The notes under the pieces: generated by a model
The model's input: only the letters and a program-made list of their open reading frames with translations
Database searches by the model: none
Told to the model about the DNA's origin: nothing
DNA from: Saccostrea echinata
Taxonomy: Eukaryota
Assembly (NCBI RefSeq): GCF_033153115.1
Contig: NW_026889758.1
Coordinates: 8,060,001-8,124,000, forward strand
DNA length: 64,000 nucleotides
Direction: 5' to 3'
Made by a program: the position numbers and the translations under genes
Shown: positions 1 to 12,500 of the stretch, in pieces
Numbering within the stretch: the first letter of the stretch is position 1
Layout: every line of letters begins with the position of its first letter

Positions 1-394
1 AATAAAAACTCAGAAAAAAAATGACTTGGTATGCAGCTTTTGACAATAGAAGAATGTGGTAGGGCAGTTGGTATGGTTTCTGCAAGATGTTAGTACTAGT
101 TTGACTAGGTTAAGGATTTAAAAATGTCTTTTATCGGTAAACTCATCTTCGCTAGCCAAGGGTTTCTGATCCGCTACTCTTTCTCATAAACCCTTGCCCT
201 ATGGTGCTAAAAAATCGGGATTTTTTTCTCGCATTGTGATTGGAGTTTATAAATATCGTTCGACCAATCATTGATTGCTTTTTTTTGTAAGTGACGATAA
301 CTGCGTTCGGGATATATCTTGACTTTCTATGAATAGCTATGGTATGACCCAGTCTTAAGTTGATGTGCAACTATCATCATCAGGAATCTATAGA

Positions 395-503
395 TCTATT
401 TTTGTATTCATACGAAGCAGACTTTGTTCAAAATCTTATACGTGAATAGAAGAAAACATTTGCTGTGGCCTTCAACTCGATATTTAGATATATCGACGAC
501 GTA
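395..503 (+). mobile_element. Penelope-like retroelement RT fragment
   Basis: Translates as FLYSYEADFVQNL..*KKTFAVAFNSIFRYIDDV (RT motif C, YIDD) with an in-frame stop. Near-identical to the longer copy at 58180-59030. Confidence 0.75.
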
Positions 504-727
504 TATAAATTTCTTTTCGGTTACATTAAAAAAAAATGTTTGATGCTCTGTAGGGTCGATCCTGGTTGCTTCGGCGTGAGGGGCGGAGGGTATATTGATT
601 CGGCTATCCAGGCAATATGTATCTTTTCGGTGTACTTTCTATTGATGTCACTTAAGCGCTATATTAATTTAAATCACATTCGGGGTCTATTTTGTGGCAC
701 GTAGTAATTCGATCGAAGGGTATTTAA

Positions 728-3700
728 GGTCATACGCAACGTACATTACCTGTTGGTAGTTTTTCAAGAAATTCTTAACTTAAAATGAAGGCCCCCTAAG
801 ATGTTCTTAGGCAAAAAATCGGAATATATTACCAGGGGTTTTGAAAAGATAACATATGATGAAAATTTGGCGTTTTTCTATGCAAAATATACCAAAATCC
901 TCAAACATAATTTTAGCTGGTATTTCTTCCAAATTTTTTTTACAAGAGTACTACAGCAATAGATGATGAAACTCTAGAGTTTTCAGCATATGAAACCAGC
1001 CTTTTTTCTTGGATTTTTGTTAAAAATCTAATTTGCATAGTTGTTTGTACCTGAGTTACCTCTCTTTGAAGAAAGAAATGCAATACACCCATACATACAA
1101 CAGAAAGCACTGAAAGTTGTTGTACATGCATTTATGTTTTCATATTCATAAAATGATTCTGAAGAGACTGAATAATTTTTGAATTTCCTGTCACTCTTGC
1201 TTTTCCTCCTGTTTTTTCTGATAGCAGAGATCTTACCCCGTTTTCTTTGTCTCTCTGGTAAGCTAATAAAATGTGCTGGAAATGAAGACCTGTTTCAGCA
1301 ATTTTGTTTACAGTAAACTTGGATAAAATCTTATTATCAATAAGATTTTGCAATGATTGCATGTTTCTCATTTTCATCATCAAAAAATTCAAATTATTTA
1401 CAACAAATTCTGTAGAAAAACTATGCTTCATCATAATCTGACATGAAACTGACAAAGACAATAAAAGAGTTTGTAAGGCCAAGGCATCAGATTTGGCATC
1501 ATGAGCATCATAATGAGTCACACACAGGTCCTTCAGCAAGTCCACTTGTTTATAACTCTTGCGGCCTGGGTAAAGTTCTCTAAATAGAGATAATGTGTCC
1601 ACAAACCCACTTATGTGTTCTGACGCACTAATACCGATGGAACTCGACACATGCACTAGAACTCTAGAGTCAAACTTGGCATTATGAGCCACAAGCAATA
1701 CTTTCCCAAATTTTCCAAGCCAGTGTATAAAATTGTTCACTGCATCTGGTGTCCTCATACACTGAACTTCATGTCCATTTTTGTACATGCAACCATTCTG
1801 TGTAGCAATACCAGACACAGCTGTGGCAGAAGCAGAAATTGGTTGAGTCAATGGCAAAACATACTGACAAAACACATCATCATTGACAGAGGCCCCGATC
1901 TGTGTTATTTCACAATCGTCACCTGCAAAACAAAATTCAATCCATGAGAATAGTAAAATAAATGACAGAAATTTCAATTTGAGTTATTTTTGTAAAACTG
2001 ATAATTACCTAAACCAGTAGTTTCTAAGTCAAAATATACAAATGTGTATTGACCCTCAGTAATAGGAGTAGGTACAGGTTTGCTGAGAGGTGGAGGTATT
2101 TCCTTGATGCTGTTTGGATCAGTATTGTTGTTCATATCTGTGTCTGGTTCGTATGTTCTTCCTTCCCTCACTTCTGCTGACTCTTGTGATTTATGCTGGT
2201 CCATCTTTTTCTGTGCCCTTTTTTTCTTGTAAGTACTTGTATCTTCAGTTTCTTTAGTTCTCTTCCTTTTCAAGTCTATTTTTCTGGCTTTTGAAGAAGT
2301 AATTTCACCTGGGGATAATAGCAAGACCTCATTGACCTACAATGAAATTCAATGAAATGAAATATAATTGATTTGAAACTTTACAATTGCTTTTATGAAA
2401 TAATAAATGAATATACAAGTTTTATACCTCTGTAACATAATGATGACCCAAATTTTTTTGGGCAATTGCAGCTGCAACACGGAAATCATTGCTTTCTGAT
2501 CCTGAATAAAAGTTTTGTTTTGGAGTCTTGCTAGCAATGGTATTGTTAAGGCTTTCATTAGGTTGTGTACTGCCCAGGTCTACTAGTTTATCTGCCTGTG
2601 ATATGTATAAGCTGAGTAGAGATGTCAAGTCACTCTTTAGATCTTGATTGTTCAGATATCTGTGATAAGGTAATTGCCAAGGTTTGTATGTTAGTGGTGA
2701 AGCTAAATATTTACACCAGGATTCACAGAAACTGTGATCACCAAAAACATGTCTTCCAATTGCCTCTAAGTTTTTCTTCATACCCGAGGGATCATTCTCA
2801 TTTTGGGAAATGCAATATTTGAAACATTTTGACAGATGTTGAATTGTCTTACTATTCAATTCTTTGTAGTTTTTAGATTTTTTCAACTCGTATAGCTTAT
2901 TTGTAAATTGTTTTAGAGTATGATTTCTATCACATTGCTTCTTTAGGGCCGGATTTACTTCAGCTCTAGCTCTCGCAACTGTTGTGGAATCGTTATCCAT
3001 AATTATGTTTCCAACATGAATGTTGCTATCCTGAAGTTCCTTCATCATACCTGTTATGATAATATTCTAACATGAACAATAGAAAAAATCAAAATGATGT
3101 TCGCTGACTCATACAATCATGTGAGAAAATTTTGCTGTGTTTTTACATTTACATTGATCATGTTGATATTTTGTATAATACCAAGCATATCAGACTTTAT
3201 ACAAAAAACACTATACAATTATTTTACCTATACACATGTCTGGTTCCATTGCCTTAGAACTACCTGACCAATTCTTCCTGCAGTCATGTTCAGGGATATC
3301 TTTTTTTGTCCTCTCTGCCCTTTCACACACTCTGCAGAACTTGTTTCTTGTTGCATAGGCGATGCATTTTCCCGTCTCTTTACCTATCATTGCAGCATGT
3401 CCTACAATTGAGATGATTTTATTTGATTTTGATCATGGTCTTATGGCATAACAATAGATATATAATACTTGGGTTTTTACACATCCATTCTTCAAAGTCA
3501 TTCCAATATACATATATGTTATGAAAAAATCTTTATATATATATCTGCAAATTACTAATTTTTCAAACCTGACAAACTTGAATAAGATCGCTCTGAACCT
3601 CTTTTCTGCCATCCTCCATCGAAAGACACTGAAAAGTCATCATTGCTGCAAAATCAAAAATGAAATGAAAGAAATAATGTTTCAGATTGTAAATTGAAAA

Positions 3701-5116
3701 AATAAATAAAATAAAAATAAATTATTCAAGAAATAAATGCACAATATTTTGATGAATACTGCATGCATTACTGATAATTACAGTTCTCATATTTATATAG
3801 CCAGAGATATTTTATTATTTGCCTAGCAATAGTTTATTAACAAAATTATATACACCATTTCCTTTCAAATGTGTGGGTCATAACAAAGAAATATGAGGAC
3901 AGAATCTATCAAACACTGGTCCTGTACAAAGATTTATTAGTATTACCCAAATGATTCCTGCTCTGCATTAGCAAACTCTTTACAACTTTTTTTGGCAACA
4001 TCTTCAACTGCTCGACCAACTTGTCTTTCAGAGGTTTTCAAAGAGGTCTTTGATAGTGGTGGGATGTTCAGTACACTTAGGAGCATAGATAATTTTTTCT
4101 CGCCAATGCCTGCATGGAGCATCCCTGCAATGTAATAAAAATTCTCAAGATACCATAATAAATATAACTGTATTCTAAGATGATACTTTGATCATATGAA
4201 GATGAATGATAAAGTCAGTATTCAATAATTACAAACCTAGTGCAACTTTTGTGTTCACATCAAATGCTCGTATCCCATTATTGTCCGAGCGAGAATGGCG
4301 TTTTCCTGTGGGAACATAGTTTACTGTGGTACAGAAATTACACTTGATATGTAATAAGGAACCTAGTCCATATCTCTGTTCACCACAAATGTCTCTCAAA
4401 TTCAAAGATTGTTTACATTTACAACAACCCTCTATAAGTTTATTCACAATAAATTCCAATTCAACAATTCTTCTTCCTGTGTTCCACTGTATGACATGTG
4501 ATGTATCTTCGTCATCAATAAGCACTGGAACTACTTCCTCTTCACAGTCTCCGTGTATTGATAGATCGTAGGCATAGTTATGCTCCAAAATGTGGATTGG
4601 ATTTGGGAAATCATCATCTGTCATAAATTTACCACAAATAACCGAGGACATAAAAGAATGAGCGACACAAAGATATCTAAATGCTTAAGAGTGTTTTCTT
4701 AAACTTCAATCAATGAAGTATTTAGCCCTTCTTTGTTGTTTACTTATACGTCTATTATACGATATTCGCAAGTACACAAATCAAGATAACTTACTTGGAA
4801 TAGGCAGTGGATCGTCAGGATCAGCTTGAGAATTTGTAGAAGGGACCTCAACTGCCACATTCTTCTGCCTATTACATTTAATCGATGTTATTTTACTTTG
4901 TTTTCCTTTGGAGATAAATCGCCCTCCTTTGTCGCGAATTTTCTCCATCATAAACAAAGATATCCTAAAACTATCTCTACGTACGAAAGAGCTCTCAAGG
5001 GACGTAATCGAAAGTAAAAATCGAACCCAATTCGGGAAATATTACGGAATCATTATTGGAACTCTTTATTTCTAGGAGATAGAAAAAATAAAGTAAAAAC
5101 TACGTTGCGTCTGTCC
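728..5116 (-). mobile_element. Autonomous Kolobok-type DNA transposon (TTAA TSD, GG..CC termini, 16-bp TIR)
   Basis: TTAA at 724-727 and 5117-5120. Left end GGTCATACGCAACGTA vs reverse complement of right end GGACAGACGCAACGTA (14/16). Encloses one spliced transposase gene. Confidence 0.85.
1132..4951 (-). CDS. DDE transposase fused to a DEDDh exonuclease (TREX/PML-C-terminal-like), 8 exons, 902 aa
   Basis: Exons 4951-4795, 4617-4237, 4124-3947, 3645-3569, 3401-3228, 3050-2428, 2336-2009, 1922-1132. All GT-AG, phases consistent, 2709 nt with no internal stop. Motifs: CCKC..CNFC (Zn), SFDGGWQKRG, CRVC..HDCRKNWSGSSKAME, IMDNDS, CDRNH, TQPNESLN, then exonuclease DLETTG / AHNAKFD / HDAKSD. Confidence 0.88.
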
Positions 5117-5120
5117 TTAA

Positions 5121-6986
5121 ACTCATGTTTTAAGTTCTATTGTCATTCGACAAGTTAGCCACGACCTATCAGTTAGATCCACAGCTGTACGATTCAGACG
5201 GGAGAGAGCAATCCCCACGTTGAGCTAAATCGACTATGTCCAACAACAGTGAGTAATGCCGCGCTCAAGAAATTCGTTTGCAAACCATGACAGAGGACCT
5301 TGCTAACGCTGAAGCATTCCAATTGTTTTCCTGCAAGTTTGGACGCAGCTTTGGCTGAACACATAAAGCTGTTTTTAAAAAGAAAATTCTGTTGATTTCA
5401 AGTTGGAAAATCGCAAAGAAAGGTACAAATATTTAGCAAATTTACGAAGTGACTTAGAAAGCGTAAATAGATATATTGACTATGTTGATGTTTTGAATGC
5501 TAAAGAAATAATAATAATAATAATAATGATAAACCAGTTCTTCGTATTAAAGACCAGAATAAGTTATAAGAATTTCAGATAAATACGGTTGGGGTGTACA
5601 TGTAGCTGTAGCCCAAGAGTATAAGGATGTTCCAATTATGATGTGTTCTGAGGAAAGTCAAGGACTTCGTCAAGAGGAAACCACGGCTAAAAGTCGGCAC
5701 ATAGGGAATTTTGGAGTTCAAACCTACAGAATATAACCAGATCAGTGCCTGTATCGCAACGGGTTTGGGCACTGTTCAGTTGTACGTATACTTAAGAAAA
5801 AGAGCCAACCCTACGGGAAGCTAACTTCAACCCAAACCGGACCCTCGACAGACAATCAAAAAACCTAAACCGGTAATAGATATTTTGTCTAGTGAAAAAG
5901 AAATTATAAATGTACAAACATGCAGTTAAAGGAAGTCTAGTAAAAAACATATTTTCTTTTTTGGAAATACCAATTACGTGCAGCACAGTACATCATTGAT
6001 ACTATTCACTATGGTTATAGTATTTCTTTTGATTTTTTTAGAACCAATTACTCTGCAGATTGATGTCTTCGCTTGAACATGAGGAATTTTTAGACAGCGA
6101 AATAAGTAGTCTTTTAGGCAAAAAAAAAAAAAAAAAAAAGTAATTGTTAGGTGTAACACTGTTCCTTCAATTGTCAATCATTTGTCGGTTTCTACAAATT
6201 TTCATGGTAAGATAAGAATAATTTTGGATCACAGACATGTTAACAAGTGTGTAAGAAAAAATACATTAAAATACATTAATTTAAGCTAGAAGGTATTAGT
6301 AGCTCTATCAAGTTTTGCAAGAAAAATCACTGTGTTCAAGTTCGATTTTAAGGGTGACCATCATCATTTGGTCTTAAACCAATTGCATTTTAATTATTTG
6401 AGTTTCACTTGGAAAAGAACCTATTATTTTTTTTTTTATAGTACTTCCCTTCGATTTGAATTCTGTTCTTTTTATTTTGACAAAGTTGCTCAAGTCCTTG
6501 TTGAAATATTGGAGAGCAGCAGGTCATAGATGTGTTATATATTTAGTCGAAAAATTTACAACACGTGTTCTGGCTTTTGTATAGCTGGACACATGTAATT
6601 TCCAATAATCTTTAGGAAATGCATGTCCTGTTATAAGAGTTATACATATGGTTATTGCCAATTCAGTTTCATGGGATCATCCTAATTTTCTTGCAGATGA
6701 AATTACGACTGAATTTTTTTGCAATGATTTTCTTTAAGTCGGTTTCATTCCACAAAGGATCGTTTATACGGATGCAAGCAAGTATGCAGCGGCTGGTTAC
6801 ATTGTGGAATTCGCAGATAGTATAGTGCATAAAATGTAGAATTCTTTGGAAGCTCTCAAGAGTTCTACCTGGAGGGAGATGAAAGCAGTTGAGACAACTT
6901 TAATATCTTTTGCAGATAAGATTAGCAACAGAACTGTAAAACTTTATACTGACAATGAAAATGTAGTTAAAATGGTGAAATTAGGT

Positions 6987-7020
<34 letters not shown>

Positions 7021-7064
7021 TTTTTTAAGGTATTGCACTTAATTCTTTTTTCTTTTTGTATTCA

Positions 7065-7111
<47 letters not shown>

Positions 7112-7558
7112 AGAAGTACATGTAGAGTAGATTCCGAGAGATAGAAATAGGGTTACAGATTGTTATAGTATATGATTTTAATGATTTGTCTGTTTCTAAA
7201 ATTTTTCAGCAAAAAATGAAGACCATATGATGTAATCTTTTTGCAGATTATAACAATTTCAAGTTTTCAAAAAGTTTTTTCAGCAAATTTTGGACGCCAT
7301 GGAGTTATGGGGTTGATGCGTCTGCTTTTAATTGGAAATGTTTTAACTGTTTGATTATTCACCCCAGTTTCTTTTATTTCAGATGTTATTAATCATTTAA
7401 GTTTGTGCATGTAAAGTGCATGGCACACTTATTGTGCCAAAATGGACGTCGTTTTTTTTTTGGTCTATGTTGGAAAATGTAGATGGAAAATTCAAAAACT
7501 TTGTTATTGACTACGTTGAATATGACAAATTAAGATATTTCTTCATTGCAGGATCCTA

Positions 7559-7594
<36 letters not shown>

Positions 7595-9074
7595 GTCTTT
7601 TGTTGGTGTGAAGTTTTTCTCCAATGTTATAATACTTAATGTTAATTGTAATATTTAGACTTATTCAGATGAATTTATTTTGTATTTCAGCGTAGCCATG
7701 ACTGATAGTTTGCATTTTAAGTCTGAGAGCCAGATATGTGTAAGTATTGGCTGAGAGCCTGATATGTGTAATGATTGGCTGAGAGCCTGATAATTATGTG
7801 TAATGATTGGCTGAGAGCCTGATATGTGTAATGATTGGCTGAGAGCCAGAATTGAGATGTGTTTTGTAGGCTGAGAGCCTGATATATGTAATTGATTGGT
7901 TTGAGAGCCATGAATGAAGTTTATATGCATGTTGGTTAAAGCTAGAGTCAAGACTAAGAGTCTTTTTGCAATTGTTTATTATTTGCGTTTAATCTTAAAA
8001 GCGAAATTATAAAAAAAAAAAATGAAATTTTATTCCTTTATGTTTTTGTTGTTTATGATTTCAGTTCTTCAATCATTCACATCGAGAAAAATTGAAAACT
8101 CATGAAGAGGGAACATTGCTATGCTAGCTGAAAAAAATATCAGGCTTAATCGAATCTTGAAAATCAAAGTTCACTTTCTCAAGACATAATTTTCTAAATT
8201 TGATAACTGGTGTTCACTTCACAATTTATCTTCTTTAACAGCAACGCCTGCAACAATGTCTCTCTTCATTTCTGATCTTGTTCAGAGTAAATCAACATCT
8301 TCGGTGTTCAATTCTATTTTTTATCCAGTGCAGCGGTATCATGAGAAATATTTGTTTCCAAACCCGTGTATTGACAAACTTGTGAAAATGACTTTTGAGG
8401 GAGCTTTGTATACTTTTGCAAAACCTCAGTGAACAACCGATTACTTCTGATATTATTTGTAAGATCTTCAGCTTAAAGAGTAATTTGTCTGATTTATCTA
8501 ATTGGTGTATTAGACTACTGTTTTTTCCAGGATTTTTCAGGGCCAGAGAGTTAAGAGATCGAATATTACCTTTTACGATACTCATGTGGAAATTCATGTA
8601 AGAAGCTTCAAGACTGATATATACAGAAGGGGTAAAATTGTGCAGCAAAAATGTGTCTTCTTTAGTGTTTAATTGACTATCCTCTTAGATTAGCTGGTAT
8701 TCAGAACGGTTCTTATGAATTTACATTTAGGTCAGTAAAAAGATATTTAAAAAAAAAATAAATAAATAAATAAAATAAATTAATAAATAAATTTAAAAAA
8801 AAAATGTTATTCTTATAAGCTTGCTAAAAGTAACAAGGCCATATCTTATACTTGTGTTAGAGTACTTATTTTGAAGTCTTTGAAAGATGCAGATGAGGAT
8901 GTGTCAAAGTTCGTTGTGCATTCACTTAGATCTGGAAGTGCTTCAGCTACAGCCAATTAAGACTTCCCTGACAGACTTTCTAAGGCTGATGGATGGTGGA
9001 ATAGTGACACAGCAAAGGACGGTTATGGCTAGAATAGTACAGAGAAGGTTCTTTTTGGGTCAAAATATTTGGAA

Positions 9075-9105
<31 letters not shown>

Positions 9106-9340
9106 TTATATTTTTCCTCAGACGTTTTTTATTCGAATCTGGCTAACATTGTCGCCTCCTCCAATATTTGTGTTTGAGTTTTTATTTATGTAAAAAGAAT
9201 AGGAAATAATTTATGTTCGGCTGAGCGAAGCGAAAGAGAACATAACGTCAATTAATTTTTTTTCTATTCTTATGTCGATACGATATATCCCAGTGACCGA
9301 TTAAGCCTTACCCTGAGTTTTACTCTCGAGAACACTGCTG
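5121..9340 (+). mobile_element. Decayed DIRS-type (tyrosine recombinase) retrotransposon
   Basis: Frame-broken remnants in DIRS order: RT-like region (~6330-6600), RNase H (VYTDASKYAAAGY ~6765, SSTWREMKAV, KLYTDNENV), methyltransferase-like (GVDA..FNW, GTLIVPKW ~7300-7450), tyrosine recombinase (GFFRAREL ~8530, HSLRSG ~8920, GWWNSDTAKDGY ~8995). Boundaries approximate; 545-723 may be its 5' part. Confidence 0.75.
7723..7910. repeat. Minisatellite, ~28-32 bp x ~6, inside the DIRS fossil
   Basis: Repeated unit GAGAGCCTGATATGTGTAATGATTGGCT between the MT-like and YR regions. Confidence 0.9.
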
Positions 9341-9689
9341 CATTGATAAATGAATTACGCGGATCCAATTTTATCACCTTGAATTTAAGATAACTATTAA
9401 GTAGCAAATTTTTAACCAATAACCGAGTTTAAAAATTTTAGTCGATAGTCGGCATGATCGAACGATAGTCGATTACTCGAATTTTCGTTGACATCCCTAG
9501 AATTTACTAAAAACAGGTTAGGGAAGCCATCTGAATTAATTCATTCCGAAAAAAACTTGATAGGAAAACTTAAAAATCCACCATAATACTTTTCTTTTGG
9601 AAAGCGATATACCAATATCATTCATACTAAGCTATTATTGTATACTAAACTATGATTTATATAAACGAAATATTATATAAATAGTCCTT

Positions 9690-10075
9690 CATGTTCATGC
9701 GGAAAGCGCAAAGATGTGTACCATTTATTCTTTGCATTCAAAAATTATTCCAATGCTAGAAATACTCTTTTAATCGCTTGTTCATGCTTGAATTGGTCAC
9801 TATATAGATTTAAACCTATTACTATGTGGTGATGAAAATTTGCCTTTACAGATAAATAACAGTATTTTTGCTGCTGTTCATAAATTTATTGATGAAACAT
9901 GTAGATTTTCTTAGTTGATATGTTAAATTTCACTTGTATCATTTGTACTACTTTTATTTAATTTGCATGACATATTGTATTATATAAGGAGAGGAACTAG
10001 TAAGTTATTTTAGAACTTGTATCCAATCCTTTTGATTTAATCAATAAAATATGTTCAAAACAAAAAACAAAACGA
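9690..10075 (+). mobile_element. 3' end of a non-LTR retrotransposon (CR1/L2-like)
   Basis: C-terminal ORF2-like translation CSCG..DVYHLFF...LLLCGDENL..N..IF.AVHKFIDETCRF, then AATAAA and an A-rich tail. Confidence 0.6.
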
Positions 10076-10799
10076 ATTACAAAAATAAACACCTTTTAGA
10101 GAAATTGAATTTCCTTGAATCTACCCTTAGATACCAATGTTTATTAGCATTATATGAAATTAGAAGTGATCTATGATGTCTTGCAATGATAGCGCAAGCT
10201 TTTTACACTATAAATGATTATTATATAACTATTGAACTAAATAGAAGAACTAAAGTAGTGTATAAGTATTCAAAAAACATGCAATTTTCTCCAAATACCT
10301 GGATACCTACAGTTTTTTGTCCTATTTAATATATTTCTTGATCGATTTTTAATTAGAAAATGGATAATGGGTGCATTTATTCGCATTTCCTAAAATATAT
10401 TTGAGATTTGATAAATTTTCTTATATAATGATTAACTATAATGATGAACTTTGAAGAAATACCATGGGTAGATACACATTGAGAATTCAAAGACATTTTG
10501 TGAGCATTTTCAATCACTCAACTCCTGATTTTCAGAACCTGAGGATCGGACTACCTTAATTGATCACTTCAAAGTTGGCAATCAAATAATCAAACCTCAC
10601 CTAAAGCATTAAATTATAGAATACTAGATGAAATCATGCGCAAGCGCGGGTAATTGAATTTTTACCACTGCTGACATAATAATTCCAGTAATATATTTTA
10701 ATAGTTTCTATATATGACAGGCATATAGCATGAAAAAACATTTCGCCTACAACAGTACCTATTGTCTAAATACCCCCCCCCCCCCCGCAACTTTCTCAA

Positions 10800-12500
10800 A
10801 AAGCTGAACATTTTTAAATTCATTCTTTCGTTAAGTGGGGTACTGTACCATCTAGATTTTCTTTTTGTGTACATTCAAAAATACAATGAAATTCATCACC
10901 AGTACAAGTCCTTTGTTCTTTTGGAAAACCATTCCACCTCCCTGTTTCAATAGGGAGTCTAAAATTGTTATATCTAAATCTGCATAGCAAAGTTGAAAAT
11001 GTTCGAGGCAAAATAACAAGATATTTTTGCGGTTCAAGTATTTCTTTATAAATTCGATAGTTAATTCCCTTTGATGAATTATATATAAATTTACTTTTAC
11101 TGTTTTTGGATATTTGGTCAATTAACAAGTATTCTTTTTACTTCTTTTTTAACCCATGCTAAACTGTACGCCCGTTGTGTCGTCCATAAATTAGATAATC
11201 CATACTCATCTAAAACATTTTAACATAGTTGGCCAAAGGGAAGTTATGACTTATGAGTTAATGCCTGTGCATACATTTTTGTAGCAAATTTATCCCTCGT
11301 TTGAGAAAAATGAAGATTTTCCCAAAAGAGTAACCATTCTCATCTTAATATTATAATAAGTGGAAGTCGACCAAGTTCCCTACATACCATAAAGTTTGGT
11401 GTTTTAGTGTTGAAACCTAAGATATATTTACAATATTTTAAGTGAAGTTTTTCAATTAAAGTATTTTTTGTAAATCCTCATATACTTCACAGCCATACAG
11501 TAAAACTGGTTGAATTATTCTATCAAACATCTCTATCTGACAATCCATAGAAAGCTTTGTGTTGATGAAATTTTGACACCACTCCATAAATAGCTTTAAC
11601 AGATTTATTACATTGTTCTTTTATGTTTTGATAAAAAATTCCTGATTTTGAAAAATATAGTCCAATTAAAGTTCTTAAAACTAAAAGCGACTTCTAAACG
11701 TAAATCATTGTAAGTAAAATATAAATTCTATGCTCTTACAAAAATCATTATTTTTGTTTTGTCAACATAGCCTTTTCACCGCCATTTTATACAATAATTC
11801 ATTGAAACAATTCAACATATTTTGTAACGACTCAGGGTTTTCAGCAAATAAAACAGAGTCGTCAGCACATAATAGAGCAATAAGTTTAATATATTCATTT
11901 CAAGAAGTTTATTCTCAATCATTTCAGATAGTTTCGATCTCCAGGCCATTTATTTTATTCATAGTGAGGATTGAATTTAAATCAATTAATGAAAAAGTGA
12001 GATAACGAACAGTGATCGATCTCAAAAAATCCACAAACAATATCAAAAATGTGAAGAGGGCATAAAACACGGACCCCTGGAAATTCCAGAGGTGGGATCA
12101 GGTGCCTTGGAGGAGTAAGCATCCCCTGTCGACCGGTCACACCCGTCGTGTGCCCTATGTATTGATCAGGTAGAAGGAACAATCCGTAGTCAATTCAGTA
12201 CAAAAACAAGGCCTATAATGGCTATAAATGGTATGAAACAAGTCTTAAATAGACAGAGAACAGAAAAAGGGATAAATGTTCACCCTGTCTTACACCAACT
12301 TAACAAGGAAACGGATTAGATAGAGCACCATTTACTTTTGATTTTGCCTTGATATCGGCATGCATACATTTTCTTGATAATTCTAAAACTCCATTCCATC
12401 TATTGCAATCAAATAATATAATGTTCCAGATTTCGATTCTCCATACAGAATCAAATGCTTTTTTCAAAATCAGTATAAATGCATAAAAAATCTTTTAAAA
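10800..12500 (-). mobile_element. Degraded LINE reverse transcriptase, interrupted by a PLE 3' end
   Basis: Minus-strand remnants LLCADDSVLFAENPESLQNMLN, MFDRIIQPVLLYGCEV, IEKLHLKYCKYILG, RFRYNNFRLPIETGRW, with many stops and frameshifts. Confidence 0.7.
11990..12240 (-). mobile_element. Penelope-like element 3' terminal segment
   Basis: 12065-12153 is the reverse complement of the motif at 58879-58966 that follows the PLE RT there. Confidence 0.7.

Noticed and set aside
5776-5795. GTTGTACGTATAC-TTAA as the right end of the Kolobok element
   Set aside because: Poor match to the left TIR; 5101-5116 matches 14/16 and has the TTAA.
6846-9177. Poly-lysine ORFs
   Set aside because: Translations of poly(A) runs within the dead DIRS element.
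10090-10559. GAGGATCGGACTACC-TTAA, a Kolobok-like right end
   Set aside because: No matching left TIR or TSD found; at most a truncated remnant.
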